DNA from: a virus
Virus record (IMG/VR): IMGVR_UViG_3300036770_008166
Location: 51,247-115,246 of that record
Direction: 5' to 3' (one strand)
Length of the DNA: 64,000 nt
Position 1 is the stretch's first letter. The number at the start of each line of letters is the position of its first letter. Both the position numbers and the translations under genes were made by a program. The notes beneath the pieces were generated by a model, which did not search any database, was not told the DNA's origin, and saw nothing but the letters and a program-made list of their open reading frames with translations. This document shows, one piece after another, positions 44,013 through 54,233 of the stretch.

Positions 44013-45515
44013 TCAGTTGGCCCTGATCTGCACACCAGCCGGTATCACTGGTGCGCCTGGCGGAGATGATGTGGGGCCGGGTTCAAAGTTTACCTTGACA
44101 TCCACGCCCTTGTTGTGATACGGATAAGGTTCGTGGGTAGGAGCACGACTAACGATGCTCGTCAGCGCATCTTTTTGCACTTGCCAACCAGTGCTGGTGT
44201 TGAAAGTGGTATCGTCGCTGACTATTTTTTCTATGGGCTGCGGAGCAGCCACTGAGGCAGCAGCAGGACCATTGAGATCGATGCCACCTGCAGTGGCCAC
44301 TAGACTGGAACCTGCGTTCCAAGAACCTGAAGAGCTCTGTATGGCCAAGCTGCCATCGGCCTTGACACCTATGGTGTTTTTGCTGTAGATGGCCAAATTC
44401 TGTTGAGCCGTGACTGAAAAATCCACATCAGCTTCTATGGCGATGTTGTTGCTGGCCTTCATCTTGATGTCGCGTCCAGCAAACATGTTGATGTCACGGT
44501 CAGCGTGCAGATTGATGTCGCCCTGGGTACGGATGTTCACACTGTTGGTGCTGAATATGTCTACTGTGCCTTCTGCGCCAAATTCTATCCAGACCTGGCC
44601 GTTGGCATGGATCATGTAGAAGAAGTTTTCGCTGTCGTTCATCATGATCTGATGGCCTTTGGCCGTGCGCAGGCGGAACAAGGCATTGCGGCCGTCAATG
44701 TCGCCGTCGTCCATGACCAGGCTATGGCCGCCCATGCGGCCTATAACCTTGACGTCCTGGGGTCGTACCGTGCCACTGTTGAGCCTACGGCGCGTGTCGC
44801 GTGGGCTGAGTCCGCCTTGATAGATGGGTACGCCCGGAGTCAAGATGCCAAAACAGGAAGAAGGACTTTCTCGCTGGCTGGAACTGCGTATGGGTCCACG
44901 CTCGGTATCTTTAGCCAGGCCCTGTTGGAACAAGGAAGCTGCCACCACGCTCTGGATGGGTTTGGCAGTGTCAAAGAATCGGCCTGCGTTGTCTATGCGT
45001 TCGTTGTTGGCATTGATCTCTGTGACCGGCATCAAGGCAGCATTTTCAAAGTAGGCTTCTTGATTGGCGTTGGTAGGAATGTAATTGGGTTCAGCGCCCA
45101 CAGCCGGTATCATGTGTGTGATGCCGTTCTGAGGTACAGCGCTGATGTAGTAGCCTTGGCTGCGGTCTCCGTCCACGAACCAGCACACCACAGTGACTCC
45201 GATGTCGGGCGGGGTGAACCACATACCGTAGCTGGTCTGATTGCCGGGATAAGCACCAGGTCCTGTGTCCGCGGCTCCGGCTATCTGGGTGGCACCATAG
45301 AACGGAGGTAGGTAATTCACAGTGGTCCACTTGGTGTCGTCATCCATGCTGCCGTCAGCAAAGGCTTCGATATAGACCTGCAGGCGACCGCTGCGCGTGG
45401 GGTCAACATTGTTCATGACCACGCCAAAATAGGGGCCGTATTCAGAAGGCACCCCACCGCGATCTTGGCGGTAATTTGATGGTCTACCTCGGCTTCTTTG
45501 TATCTCTTCTGCCAT
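44013..45515 (-). CDS. gp5: Baseplate central spike, gp5/VgrG-like (OB-fold + beta-helix)
   Basis: GVVMNNVDPTRSGRLQV, PPDIGVTVVCWF, GHSLVMDD, RTAKGHQI and beta-helix repeats. Confidence 0.85.
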   Translation of the reverse strand: MAEEIQRSRGRPSNYRQDRGGVPSEYGPYFGVVMNNVDPTRSGRLQVYIEAFADGSMDDDTKWTTVNYLPPFYGATQIAGAADTGPGAYPGNQTSYGMWFTPPDIGVTVVCWFVDGDRSQGYYISAVPQNGITHMIPAVGAEPNYIPTNANQEAYFENAALMPVTEINANNERIDNAGRFFDTAKPIQSVVAASLFQQGLAKDTERGPIRSSSQRESPSSCFGILTPGVPIYQGGLSPRDTRRRLNSGTVRPQDVKVIGRMGGHSLVMDDGDIDGRNALFRLRTAKGHQIMMNDSENFFYMIHANGQVWIEFGAEGTVDIFSTNSVNIRTQGDINLHADRDINMFAGRDIKMKASNNIAIEADVDFSVTAQQNLAIYSKNTIGVKADGSLAIQSSSGSWNAGSSLVATAGGIDLNGPAAASVAAPQPIEKIVSDDTTFNTSTGWQVQKDALTSIVSRAPTHEPYPYHNKGVDVKVNFEPGPTSSPPGAPVIPAGVQIRAN

Positions 45516-45520
45516 GTCAG

Positions 45521-48500
45521 TTATGTATCTTTGGCCATGAGCTGGGCTTCGTTCTCTACGCCGCGGTTGGGCAGCTTGGGCACACCAAACACACCTGTGA
45601 GCGCACTGTTGAGCCTGCGATTGCTGGCTACCTGTTCGGCAGTGATGGCTGATTCATCACCGGATTCTCGCTGTATGCGCTGGGCTTCGGCGATGTCGCG
45701 ATCTGTGACACCCACAGCTGAGCCATCGCTGGTGGGAGCAGCGGGCGGAGCAGCAGCAGAGATCTGATCGCTGGCCGTGGGTATCAGGCTCACAAATTGG
45801 CCAGATGCGGCACCTGGGTTCAACAACGGTCCTGGTGGCACTACTCGGGCACCACCGGTCATGGCCGTGCTCATCCTGGCAGCATCGATCCTGCCGTTGA
45901 CGTCTGCCACAACTCCCGTGGTGCCCAGTGCGTCGGCGCGCAGGCCAGTGCCCGAGGGTCGCTCCAGTCTGAGGCCTTGTCCAGATTCACGGCCCTGCGC
46001 ATCTGCAGATTCGGCTGGAGCTGCTGTTGTCGCTGTGTTGGTTCCTTCGGGTATGGGGAAATTGTACAGGGTACCATCCAAGACCTGTTCAAATCGTCCG
46101 CCGCGGAACTCGCTCACTATGGTGCGTGCCCGATATACCACGCTCTGCAGGGGTTGACGCTCACCAAAGGTTTTTTGGGTGCGCGAGTAGGGATCGGCCA
46201 CACCGGTCTCGAGATTGTAGTCTTCGGGCCGTTGCCACACGATCTCAAACAACACATCATTGGTGTCAAAGTTGATGCAGCCGTCAGGTTCAAATGGTGC
46301 ATAGCTGAGGCTGCGTGCATTCACACCACCTGTGACACTGCCCTGTTGGATCCAGGCCGGATCACCGATGATGCGTACCTTGGCATTGGCATTGTCACTG
46401 GGATTGTAGAGATACTCAGCGGCATTGGCTGCCAGTTCGTTGGCCTTGGTACCAGCACCCTGGCTGCTCTCGGTACTGCGAGTCTGGTACTGCAGATAAG
46501 CTATGTCTCGCATGCTGGAGGTCTGCAGCTGGCGTTGCTTGGCCAAGGCACTGTCATCCAGAGAACTGCCGCTCACAGTCAGACTGTACAGTTTGTTGAA
46601 CGTGGCAGTGTAGTCCAGCACCGCGATATTTTCTCCGGTGAACCACCAGGGATAACGCTTGTGTACACCACGGAACTGGGTGGGGCCAAAATACAGGCTT
46701 TCGAAGTCAACGGTGGTATAGGGTGCGATGATGTATTTCACACGGTAGGCAAAATCGTTACGCTTGGGATCATAGGCCAACTGTGTGGCCTGCAGCATGA
46801 TGGTGAACCAGCGGAATCCCTTGCTGTTGCTCTTGGGATTGGGCTCCAGTTGGCCGGTAGTTTCGTTGATCACAACATTGGCCTGGTCAGTGATGTAGTT
46901 GCTGTTGCGTATGATGAGATCTATGACCTGCACCATCTGCATGCCGGCGCTGACTCCAAAATTGCGTGACGTCACATCCATGCTGTTCTTGTCAGGGCTG
47001 CTGAGAGATGGGTTCTGGCTGGGTGCCTGTGCCATGGGTGTGGCGGATTTGTTGGTCTTGCGCCCAGGTTTGGTCACGGTAGCATCTCGTATGGATTCTG
47101 CGCCCGATGCGAATTCAATCTCGTAAACATCGGCCACAGAATAGATGCCGTCTTTGACCAGGCGCTGCTGCTCTTCGTTCATGGCCGCGATCAAGCCCTG
47201 TCTCAGGGTTTTTTTGTTGGTGGGCGCTGCCGTGGCCTTGGCCGGAGCAGGCTGTGTGCCAGGTTGCGCGTATCGATTGAGCCTGGCTGTTTCGGCCGCG
47301 GATTGATCTGCTGAGGCTGTTGTGGCTGCACCTGGTGTGGCTGCGGCTGGCTGAGAAGAACTGTAGATCACGTCTCCGGCCAGCATGTCTTTGACCGTGG
47401 CGCCCGACAGTTCTACATCGGCCGGAATCGATCCACGGCGTGTGCCGCCAGCGATCATCTGACCGATAGGTGCACAGTCAAATTCATAGGTGACCAATTT
47501 GCTGCTCACAGACCAATTGATATAGCGTATGCGGAATGGTATGAATTTTTCTACCACGGCATTGGGATCGGTAAGTCCTGTTTCTCCGTCAGCAGGGCCT
47601 ACTTTTTGGATCACACCGTTGGCATCATAGCCGTAAAACCTGATTATCATGAGATACACCGCAGCAGCATAGTTCACAGCACCGTCTGCGCCGCGAGGAG
47701 CCATGTCCTGTACAGCACGATACATGCAGTCCAACAGCGTGATGTTGGCAGGCTCGATTACAGTAAACTTGAGTTCCGCCACGGAGTGTGCAGCCATGGT
47801 GGCCTTGCCTTGCAGCCGATTTTCAAAGGTTATGGTATCAATGTAAAAGTCATTGGGGAAAAACGGATTGCGGCCATCCTGTATGAAACGATTCGAGTCG
47901 TTGAGACTGACCGTGGTATCCGGGCTTTCGCCCACGTCAGCCACACCGGCCTGTGGTGTGATGTCTTGACCGGTGCCTTGAGGACCAAACTGATTGATAG
48001 GTGCGCCGCCGCTCTGGAACAGGAGATTGTAGCCGTTGACGTTCTTGCGTTGCTGGGTCTGGAACGCTTCAAACTGCGCCGGTGTCAGCAGATACACTCC
48101 GGCCGACCAGGTATAGGATGAAAAACGATCCAAGACATTGGGCTGTGGTTCGATCTTGGCGTCGCTGTACAAGGTATTGGCAGCATCACCTTGCGCATCT
48201 GTGGCAGCCTGTGTTTGTGTGGCATTGGGTGTGCCCGCATCATCGTCGGCTCCCACACCAGGATCGGTGACCACCTGTGTCGAAACCTCTTCCGCTGCTA
48301 CCGAGTCTGCGGGCAACAGCTCTCCGGTGTCAGGATCGTATACGAAACCTGGGTCCTGCTTGGGTGTACCAGACTGTTGGGCCTGATATTGGTCAGTGGC
48401 CTGTGTCTGTTCCAGAGGTTTAACGGGCGGGTCTGTGTTTTCATCCGCGGCAGCATCTGCCTGTGTGATCGGCGTCTCGGCCGTGGTAGGTCCGGTGTTG

Positions 48501-48898
48501 GTAGGCGTGGTCACGGTACCTGCAGCATCCACAGTCTGTACCGGCGGTGCGGTAGGTCCTTGGGCCTGTTGGGCTATGGCCTGTTGGGAAGGTGTCTGGG
48601 CTGGCTGAGGCTGTGGTGTCAGCTGTGATTGCAGGCGCAACAGTTCGCGATTGATGCGGGCTTGTTCTGCATCAATCTGCTCGCGTTCAGCAAACAAGGC
48701 ATCTCGCCGCGCTCTCAGTGATTCCTGCTGCTGGGCCAGGGCCTGCGCTGTGGCGGCGTCCCCGCTGGTGCTGGCCAGAATGCGCTGGCGATTCAGCCGA
48801 AAAAGTTCGCTGCGGATGGTATCTACTTCCGCATCGAGTTGATCTTTGCGCGCGGCCAGCTGGGCCAGTTGATTTTCAAGTTCGGCTACTGTGGCCAT
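45521..48898 (-). CDS. Baseplate hub protein (gp27-like position)
   Basis: Between gp53-like and gp5-like. PNVLDRFSSYT, FTVIEP, IIGDPAWI and YRARTIVSEFRGGRFEQVL; N-terminal coiled coil plus low-complexity linker. Confidence 0.65.
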   Translation of the reverse strand: MATVAELENQLAQLAARKDQLDAEVDTIRSELFRLNRQRILASTSGDAATAQALAQQQESLRARRDALFAEREQIDAEQARINRELLRLQSQLTPQPQPAQTPSQQAIAQQAQGPTAPPVQTVDAAGTVTTPTNTGPTTAETPITQADAAADENTDPPVKPLEQTQATDQYQAQQSGTPKQDPGFVYDPDTGELLPADSVAAEEVSTQVVTDPGVGADDDAGTPNATQTQAATDAQGDAANTLYSDAKIEPQPNVLDRFSSYTWSAGVYLLTPAQFEAFQTQQRKNVNGYNLLFQSGGAPINQFGPQGTGQDITPQAGVADVGESPDTTVSLNDSNRFIQDGRNPFFPNDFYIDTITFENRLQGKATMAAHSVAELKFTVIEPANITLLDCMYRAVQDMAPRGADGAVNYAAAVYLMIIRFYGYDANGVIQKVGPADGETGLTDPNAVVEKFIPFRIRYINWSVSSKLVTYEFDCAPIGQMIAGGTRRGSIPADVELSGATVKDMLAGDVIYSSSQPAAATPGAATTASADQSAAETARLNRYAQPGTQPAPAKATAAPTNKKTLRQGLIAAMNEEQQRLVKDGIYSVADVYEIEFASGAESIRDATVTKPGRKTNKSATPMAQAPSQNPSLSSPDKNSMDVTSRNFGVSAGMQMVQVIDLIIRNSNYITDQANVVINETTGQLEPNPKSNSKGFRWFTIMLQATQLAYDPKRNDFAYRVKYIIAPYTTVDFESLYFGPTQFRGVHKRYPWWFTGENIAVLDYTATFNKLYSLTVSGSSLDDSALAKQRQLQTSSMRDIAYLQYQTRSTESSQGAGTKANELAANAAEYLYNPSDNANAKVRIIGDPAWIQQGSVTGGVNARSLSYAPFEPDGCINFDTNDVLFEIVWQRPEDYNLETGVADPYSRTQKTFGERQPLQSVVYRARTIVSEFRGGRFEQVLDGTLYNFPIPEGTNTATTAAPAESADAQGRESGQGLRLERPSGTGLRADALGTTGVVADVNGRIDAARMSTAMTGGARVVPPGPLLNPGAASGQFVSLIPTASDQISAAAPPAAPTSDGSAVGVTDRDIAEAQRIQRESGDESAITAEQVASNRRLNSALTGVFGVPKLPNRGVENEAQLMAKDT

Positions 48899-48899
48899 G

Positions 48900-49199
48900 T
48901 CAATATCCCAGCGTGGATTTTAGGGTGCTCTCTTTGGGCAGATATATCCTGGTGCCTGTGCGGAAGTCCAAGGGCGGAGCAGTGAGTGTGTTGGGATTGC
49001 GCTGATAGAACACCCACCACAGCGCACCGGTGCCATAGAGGTCAAAGGCCAAGAGATCCGGCCGGTACTGATAGGTGAGATTGATCACGAATGGCAAGTC
49101 ATCGCTTTCTTTGGGTATGGGCCGGTTGACCATGACATCCAAGAAAAACTGGCTGTAGGGCGTGGTGTAGTAGGGGCTGGTGGCATCATAGTTGGCCAT
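48900..49199 (-). CDS. gp53: Baseplate wedge protein, gp53-like (LysM-like)
   Basis: YQYRPDLLAFDLYGTGALWWVF...N...IYLP. Confidence 0.8.
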   Translation of the reverse strand: MANYDATSPYYTTPYSQFFLDVMVNRPIPKESDDLPFVINLTYQYRPDLLAFDLYGTGALWWVFYQRNPNTLTAPPLDFRTGTRIYLPKESTLKSTLGY

Positions 49200-50569
49200 T
49201 ACCAGAATCCTCCTCTCAAGAGATTGCCATTGGCAAATTCTCGTAGGCTGAACAGCTGGCTGACCTGCTCGCGTGCCGTGGTGGGCAGCAGCACTATGGT
49301 AAGTTCGATCCGGGTAGGCACATAGGTGGTCTGTCCGGTACCGTCCACGGTCTGGGCCACAGTGCCAAGGTCCACAGGAGATCCTGTAGCGCCGCGCGGC
49401 AGGCCTGCATTGGCCAAGCGATTGATCACGCTGCTGACCGTGGGCACAGCACTGCGCGAGCTCAGTGACTGACGAGGAGTGAGATTGAGTCCTTGGTTGT
49501 TGGGATTCACGCGGATATAGTCCACATTGTTGGGCAGATTATAGGTGAACTGGCTGACCAGGCAGGGATGATTGTTGAACTGATACTGTCCCAGCCCGCT
49601 GAGTTCTACCAAGGGAGGAGGCGTGCCGCGTTCAGGGTCTTGTCCGTAGAACATCTTGGTCACGCTGCGGAAGAAGTGTATCACTGCCAGGAGATATTCG
49701 GCCTCACGGGTATCTTGCGCGGTAAATGTGCCAGTGATGGCCACTTCGTTGACCAGGCTGTTCTTGTAGAAATAACCACGATAGTTGCTGTGGGTGAGAT
49801 CGTACCGATCATACATCGCAGAATAACTGGTGTTGATGGTGGGCATGTAGGGGAAAATCACTCCACCGGCTGCGGCCAAGGGTTTCAAGATGCCAGGATT
49901 TTCACTGGCATAGAGATAGTTGGCTCCGGGTGCCAAGCGGAGGCGCACACGCCAGTCGCCCTGGGTGGTCTGATTGTAGCGTTGCTGTAGGGTGGCCTGG
50001 GATCGAGCCTGGTTGGCCTTGGCCAGGGTATCGGCCTGGGCCTGTGCCGCAGCCTGCGCTTCCACCTGATCCGGCAGCAGCCCAGTATCGCCTCCGGCCG
50101 TGATTTCGGCCAGTGTCTGGGTGGGATAGCCACCGGTGTCAGTGACATCATCTGGCCCAAAGCTGCGGGGTTCTTCGGGGTCATCTTCTTCACCAAAGGG
50201 GCTGATGCCATCAACCGGTCCAGTGATGCCCACGCGATCGTCCGGTTCAAAAGGGTCATCTTCTTCGCCATAGCCAGGATTGGTGGCAGAATCTACCGGC
50301 TCAGCCGAGAATGTGGTTGCCGATGGAGGCGGAGGAGGAGGCGGAGGAGGTGCGGGTACCGGTTGGGGTGCAGGGGCTGCTACTCTGAAGTTTGATGACG
50401 ACTCGATGCGGCCAAAATTGGGATTGTCGGCTGGTGTGCCAACTTCATCCACTGTGTAAAAGGCCGCATCATCAGCAGGTATGCCCAGCTGATCAAAGGC
50501 CTGTTCAGGGGTCAGGCCTTGGGCTATGAGCTGATTGAGCGCGTTGGCAGTTGCTTGAGAATAGGCCAT
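49199..50569 (-). CDS. Tail tube initiator/baseplate-tube junction protein (gp48/gp54-like)
   Basis: GVIFPYMPTI, THSNY, FFRSVTKMFYG, PPPLVELSGLG. Start moved to MAYSQ (50569), just after a TAAATA motif. Confidence 0.7.
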   Translation of the reverse strand: MAYSQATANALNQLIAQGLTPEQAFDQLGIPADDAAFYTVDEVGTPADNPNFGRIESSSNFRVAAPAPQPVPAPPPPPPPPPSATTFSAEPVDSATNPGYGEEDDPFEPDDRVGITGPVDGISPFGEEDDPEEPRSFGPDDVTDTGGYPTQTLAEITAGGDTGLLPDQVEAQAAAQAQADTLAKANQARSQATLQQRYNQTTQGDWRVRLRLAPGANYLYASENPGILKPLAAAGGVIFPYMPTINTSYSAMYDRYDLTHSNYRGYFYKNSLVNEVAITGTFTAQDTREAEYLLAVIHFFRSVTKMFYGQDPERGTPPPLVELSGLGQYQFNNHPCLVSQFTYNLPNNVDYIRVNPNNQGLNLTPRQSLSSRSAVPTVSSVINRLANAGLPRGATGSPVDLGTVAQTVDGTGQTTYVPTRIELTIVLLPTTAREQVSQLFSLREFANGNLLRGGFW

Positions 50570-50574
50570 GCGTG

Positions 50575-50582
50575 TATTTACC
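50575..50582 (-). promoter_or_regulatory. Late promoter-like GGTAAATA heading the baseplate operon
   Basis: TAAATA-CACGC-ATG. Confidence 0.6.
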
Positions 50583-50613
50583 GCGGTCATAAACGGCTGT
50601 TTTTAAGCCAAGG

Positions 50614-50646
50614 TTGACACTGTGTCAAAGACTGTTATAATAAATA
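50614..50646 (+). promoter_or_regulatory. Composite promoter of the late-sigma gene: TTGACA-N16-TATAAT overlapping AATAAATA, with palindrome TTGACAC-T-GTGTCAA
   Basis: TTGACA 50614-50619, TATAAT 50636-50641, TAAATA 50641-50646, perfect 7-bp inverted repeat 50614-50628. Confidence 0.8.
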
Positions 50647-50665
50647 CTCTTCTTGGGAGAAAAGT

Positions 50666-51556
50666 TTGACCATTCCATCATCGACTGCCAAAGTCAACTA
50701 TCTAAACAATCGCGACATCCTCAAAGAAATACACCTCAGCAAAAACACCTACTGCACATTCCTGGACCCTGTGCAGGATCATCAGTACGACATAATCTTG
50801 CCTTCAGTGTCAAAGATCAATCAGCGCACCATCGCTGAAGCACGCAGGAACCGTGCTGCGCGTCTCACTCGCGAAACCGGCGAGGCCGTTAACGAAAAAC
50901 GTATTCCACACACCGATCTGGTGTTCCGTATAACCTGCTGGGATCACATACCGCAGGCGCCCAAAAAACAGCCCAAAGTGGCCGCCAAAAAACGTACCTT
51001 GGACGTCATCCTAGAGTTTGAAGATGCGGAAGATGACATCGCTGATCCTGCCCTAGACGAGCCCATGCTGGATCCTGTGCATGTGCGCGTAAACTTTCCT
51101 CCGTTCTGGCACTATCGCTTGGATGACAACAAGGTACCCTATGTGGTGGGCAAGAGTCATTGGCAAGGCGATCTTGAGTCGGGATCATACAGCCGTGATC
51201 ATGGCAACATGACTCGCCGACTGGCCCAGATGTTCATGAAACTGTGCGAACGCTATGCTACCAGATCCAACTGGCGCGGCTATACCTACAACGAAGAAAT
51301 GCGAGGGCAGGCGCTGTTGCAACTGAGCCAGATTGGTCTGCAGTTTGACGAGTCAAAGAGCCAGAATCCTTTTGCCTACTACACAGCAGCCATCACTAAC
51401 TCATTCACCCGTATACTCAACATCGAAAAGAAAAATCAAAACATCCGAGATGACATCCTGGAGATGAACGGTCTCAATCCTTCATGGACACGGCAATATT
51501 CACAGAGCGCGGTCATGATGTCCGGACCGGTCGTGAACGTCACGGAAGATCAGTAA
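50666..51556 (+). CDS. gp55: Late-transcription sigma factor, gp55-like
   Basis: NYLNN, NWRGYTYNEEM and FDESKSQNPFAYYT motifs; located before gp47/gp46 as in T4-like phages. TTG start with GGAG SD. Confidence 0.9.
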   Translation: MTIPSSTAKVNYLNNRDILKEIHLSKNTYCTFLDPVQDHQYDIILPSVSKINQRTIAEARRNRAARLTRETGEAVNEKRIPHTDLVFRITCWDHIPQAPKKQPKVAAKKRTLDVILEFEDAEDDIADPALDEPMLDPVHVRVNFPPFWHYRLDDNKVPYVVGKSHWQGDLESGSYSRDHGNMTRRLAQMFMKLCERYATRSNWRGYTYNEEMRGQALLQLSQIGLQFDESKSQNPFAYYTAAITNSFTRILNIEKKNQNIRDDILEMNGLNPSWTRQYSQSAVMMSGPVVNVTEDQ

Positions 51557-51565
51557 ACTACCCAG

Positions 51566-52582
51566 ATGGCCAATTTATTCCGCAAGGCAGCAGTATTCAC
51601 CGACATCCACTTTGGACTGAAAAGCAACAGCCTCTTGCACAATCAGGACTGTGAACGATTTATTGATTGGTTCATCGCCACTGCCAAGGAGCAAGGTTGC
51701 GAGACCGGCATGTTCCTGGGAGACTGGAGCCATCATAGAGCGTCTATCAACATGCAGACTCTTCAGTACAGTCTCAGAGCCCTAGAGAAACTGTCTGCAG
51801 CATTTGATCGATTCTATTTCATTCCCGGCAATCATGATCTCTATTATCGCGATCGGCGCGACATCTACAGCACTGAGTGGGCACGACACATTCCAAACAT
51901 CGTGATTGTCAACGACTGGTTTCAAGAAGGTGATGTGATCATCGCACCTTGGCTGGTAGGCGATGATCACAAGCGCATCGCAAAAATGTCCAGCAAATAC
52001 ATGTTCGGGCACTTTGAATTACCGCACTTCAAGATGAATGCCATGGTGGAGATGCCGGATCACGGTGAGATCCAGACTGAGCATTTTGGTGGCTTTGACC
52101 GGGTGTTCTCGGGACATTTCCATCTCAGGCAGAACAAGCGCAACATCAACTATATTGGCAATGCGTTCCCACACAACTTTGCTGATGCCGGCGACGACCG
52201 TCGTGGTGCCATGATACTAAAGTGGGGATCAGAGCCCGAATACCATGCTTGGCCCGATCAACCTCTTTATAACGTCTGGGATCTTAGCCATGTGATGGAT
52301 CATGCCGAAAGCATACTGCGGCCCAACATGCATGTGAGGGTGCAGCTGGATATCGAGATAAGTTACGAAGAAGCCAACTACATCAAAGAAACTTACATCG
52401 CCAAGCACGGGCTGAGAGAAATGGCCTTGATACCCAACAAGCGATCGGTTCTAGAAGAAGACATGGCACCCGGGGATGTTCGATTTGAGTCAGTGGACCA
52501 AATTGTGACGGATCAGATCATCAAAATTGAGTCTGAATTCTACGATCCTAAACTGCTGTTAGAAATATATCAGACACTATGA
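51566..52582 (+). CDS. gp47: Recombination endonuclease subunit (Mre11/SbcD-like)
   Basis: Metallophosphoesterase motifs DIH, GD, GNHD, GHFE, SGHFH. Confidence 0.93.
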   Translation: MANLFRKAAVFTDIHFGLKSNSLLHNQDCERFIDWFIATAKEQGCETGMFLGDWSHHRASINMQTLQYSLRALEKLSAAFDRFYFIPGNHDLYYRDRRDIYSTEWARHIPNIVIVNDWFQEGDVIIAPWLVGDDHKRIAKMSSKYMFGHFELPHFKMNAMVEMPDHGEIQTEHFGGFDRVFSGHFHLRQNKRNINYIGNAFPHNFADAGDDRRGAMILKWGSEPEYHAWPDQPLYNVWDLSHVMDHAESILRPNMHVRVQLDIEISYEEANYIKETYIAKHGLREMALIPNKRSVLEEDMAPGDVRFESVDQIVTDQIIKIESEFYDPKLLLEIYQTL

Positions 52583-53034
52583 GCACAGTGGCCTTGACTG
52601 GACACACACGCGGGTTGGGATTTCTAATCAACAACGCACTGACGTCGCGCGATCATATCATAGTAGGATTTAGCAGATCTACTGGATGCGATATCAGAGA
52701 TTACACCCAGGTTGGAAGAATGATTGAAACCGTAAAAAACTTTGATTGGTTTATCAATTGTGCTCATCCAGATTATTGTCAATCTCAAATAGCCTATCGG
52801 CTGATGAGTAATGGATTTCGCGGAAAAATTTTGAACATTGGAAGCCCTGCGGTGCACGATCCACCTTTGTGGACTGATCTATCGTTGTTAGAGTACTTAA
52901 CACAGAAAACTGCTCTTTATCATGCACATCAGGTCTTAGTCAAGCTATATCCAGATCAATTATTGATCTGGGAACCCGATCATACAGATGATCAAAAATA
53001 CGTAATCGAAAATTTAACCCGCATCGGATTATGA
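52579..53034 (+). CDS. Minimal short-chain dehydrogenase/reductase-like protein
   Basis: VALTGHTRGLG (TGxxxGxG), FINCA, ILNIGS and YLTQK (YxxxK); only 151 aa. Confidence 0.75.
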   Translation: MSTVALTGHTRGLGFLINNALTSRDHIIVGFSRSTGCDIRDYTQVGRMIETVKNFDWFINCAHPDYCQSQIAYRLMSNGFRGKILNIGSPAVHDPPLWTDLSLLEYLTQKTALYHAHQVLVKLYPDQLLIWEPDHTDDQKYVIENLTRIGL

Positions 53035-54233
53035 CACCGGAAGACTTTACCAAACATCCTGCCTTGTGTGCTTTACCTTGGCACGGCATTTACATCAATC
53101 CCGACGGCGCTGTGAAAAACTGCGCTATCAGCGCACAGACTCTTGGTAATATACACGATTCACAGTTGCCCGATATCATGAACAATGTCCATAATCGTGA
53201 GATCCGACAAGACATGTTGTCAAAGATCAAGCATGCTCGATGCGATAGCTGTTATCAAGTCGAACATAATTCAGGCAGTGACAATGAAAACGAAAGTAAT
53301 CGATCTTGGTATAAAAAAGTCACGTTAAAGCACGAGTCAGATTTCGATTTTTTTGATCGAGTTGACAATTTTGTGCCTGTGGTCTTGGATTTGAGATGGC
53401 GTAACACCTGCAATCAGGCATGCGTGTATTGCGGCCCAGATCTCAGCAGCCTTTGGGCCGAGAAGGTCAATCACCCGTTTAGAATCAACGACCAGATTTT
53501 GACACAGTCTAAAGAATGGATTTTTTCTAATTTAAAATCTGTAAAACATGTTTATCTTGCAGGGGGTGAACCGCTGTTGATCAAAGAAAATCAACGATTA
53601 CTGGAAAAATTATTAGAAGAAGTTCCAGATGTAGACATACGCATCAATACCAATCTTAGTAGCATCGACAATCCAATTTTCCGGTTATTAAAAAAATTTG
53701 CGAATGTCAAATGGACAGTAAGTGTAGATTCTAAAGAAGAACTATTTGAATACATGCGCTGGCCAGGTCACTGGAAAACATTTCTCTACAATCTTAAGGT
53801 ACTGCAGAGCATCGTGGGGGATCAAATCAACTTTAACATGGTCTGGTGTATACTCAATGACATAGACATCATTGACACAATAGATTGTCTTATTGATCAA
53901 GGTTACCATGAAAACATGTTTGTAGTCCAATGTCTAACAGATCCTTCGCCTTTGAGCATACTTCATTTACCGATATCACAAAAGAAAGACTTACAGCAAC
54001 AAATACTAGATCGCCAAAATCGTTGCAATCAAGATTGGTGGCTTTACAAAAGCCTTTGTTCAATGTATAATTTCTTAGATCGAGATTTGAAAGAACCTAG
54101 AAACATCTCGTTCCAGGGGCAACAACCTCTGTCCAGTGGGCTACAAGGAACTTTTGAATATCTGAAATACATAGACAAGATACAGAATAAAGACAGTCGC
54201 AATATTTTTCCAAGATTATACCAACATCAATGA
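53031..54233 (+). CDS. Radical SAM protein with N-terminal twitch-like domain
   Basis: CNQACVYC, GGEPLL, NTN, SVDS; N-terminal CALPW...NC...CDSC. Confidence 0.9.
   Translation: MTPEDFTKHPALCALPWHGIYINPDGAVKNCAISAQTLGNIHDSQLPDIMNNVHNREIRQDMLSKIKHARCDSCYQVEHNSGSDNENESNRSWYKKVTLKHESDFDFFDRVDNFVPVVLDLRWRNTCNQACVYCGPDLSSLWAEKVNHPFRINDQILTQSKEWIFSNLKSVKHVYLAGGEPLLIKENQRLLEKLLEEVPDVDIRINTNLSSIDNPIFRLLKKFANVKWTVSVDSKEELFEYMRWPGHWKTFLYNLKVLQSIVGDQINFNMVWCILNDIDIIDTIDCLIDQGYHENMFVVQCLTDPSPLSILHLPISQKKDLQQQILDRQNRCNQDWWLYKSLCSMYNFLDRDLKEPRNISFQGQQPLSSGLQGTFEYLKYIDKIQNKDSRNIFPRLYQHQ

Noticed and set aside
22986-50569. Many long + strand ORFs opposite the structural genes (e.g. 27132-28187, 31548-32510, 33981-34877, 40475-41722, 45797-46969)
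   Set aside because: They lie wholly antisense to convincing genes, have no recognisable motifs, and are the expected shadow of biased codon usage.
51531-51565. Separate sigma70 promoter for gp47 (TAAACT 6 nt before the ATG)
   Set aside because: No convincing -35 at proper spacing; it may just be the gp55 stop codon context.
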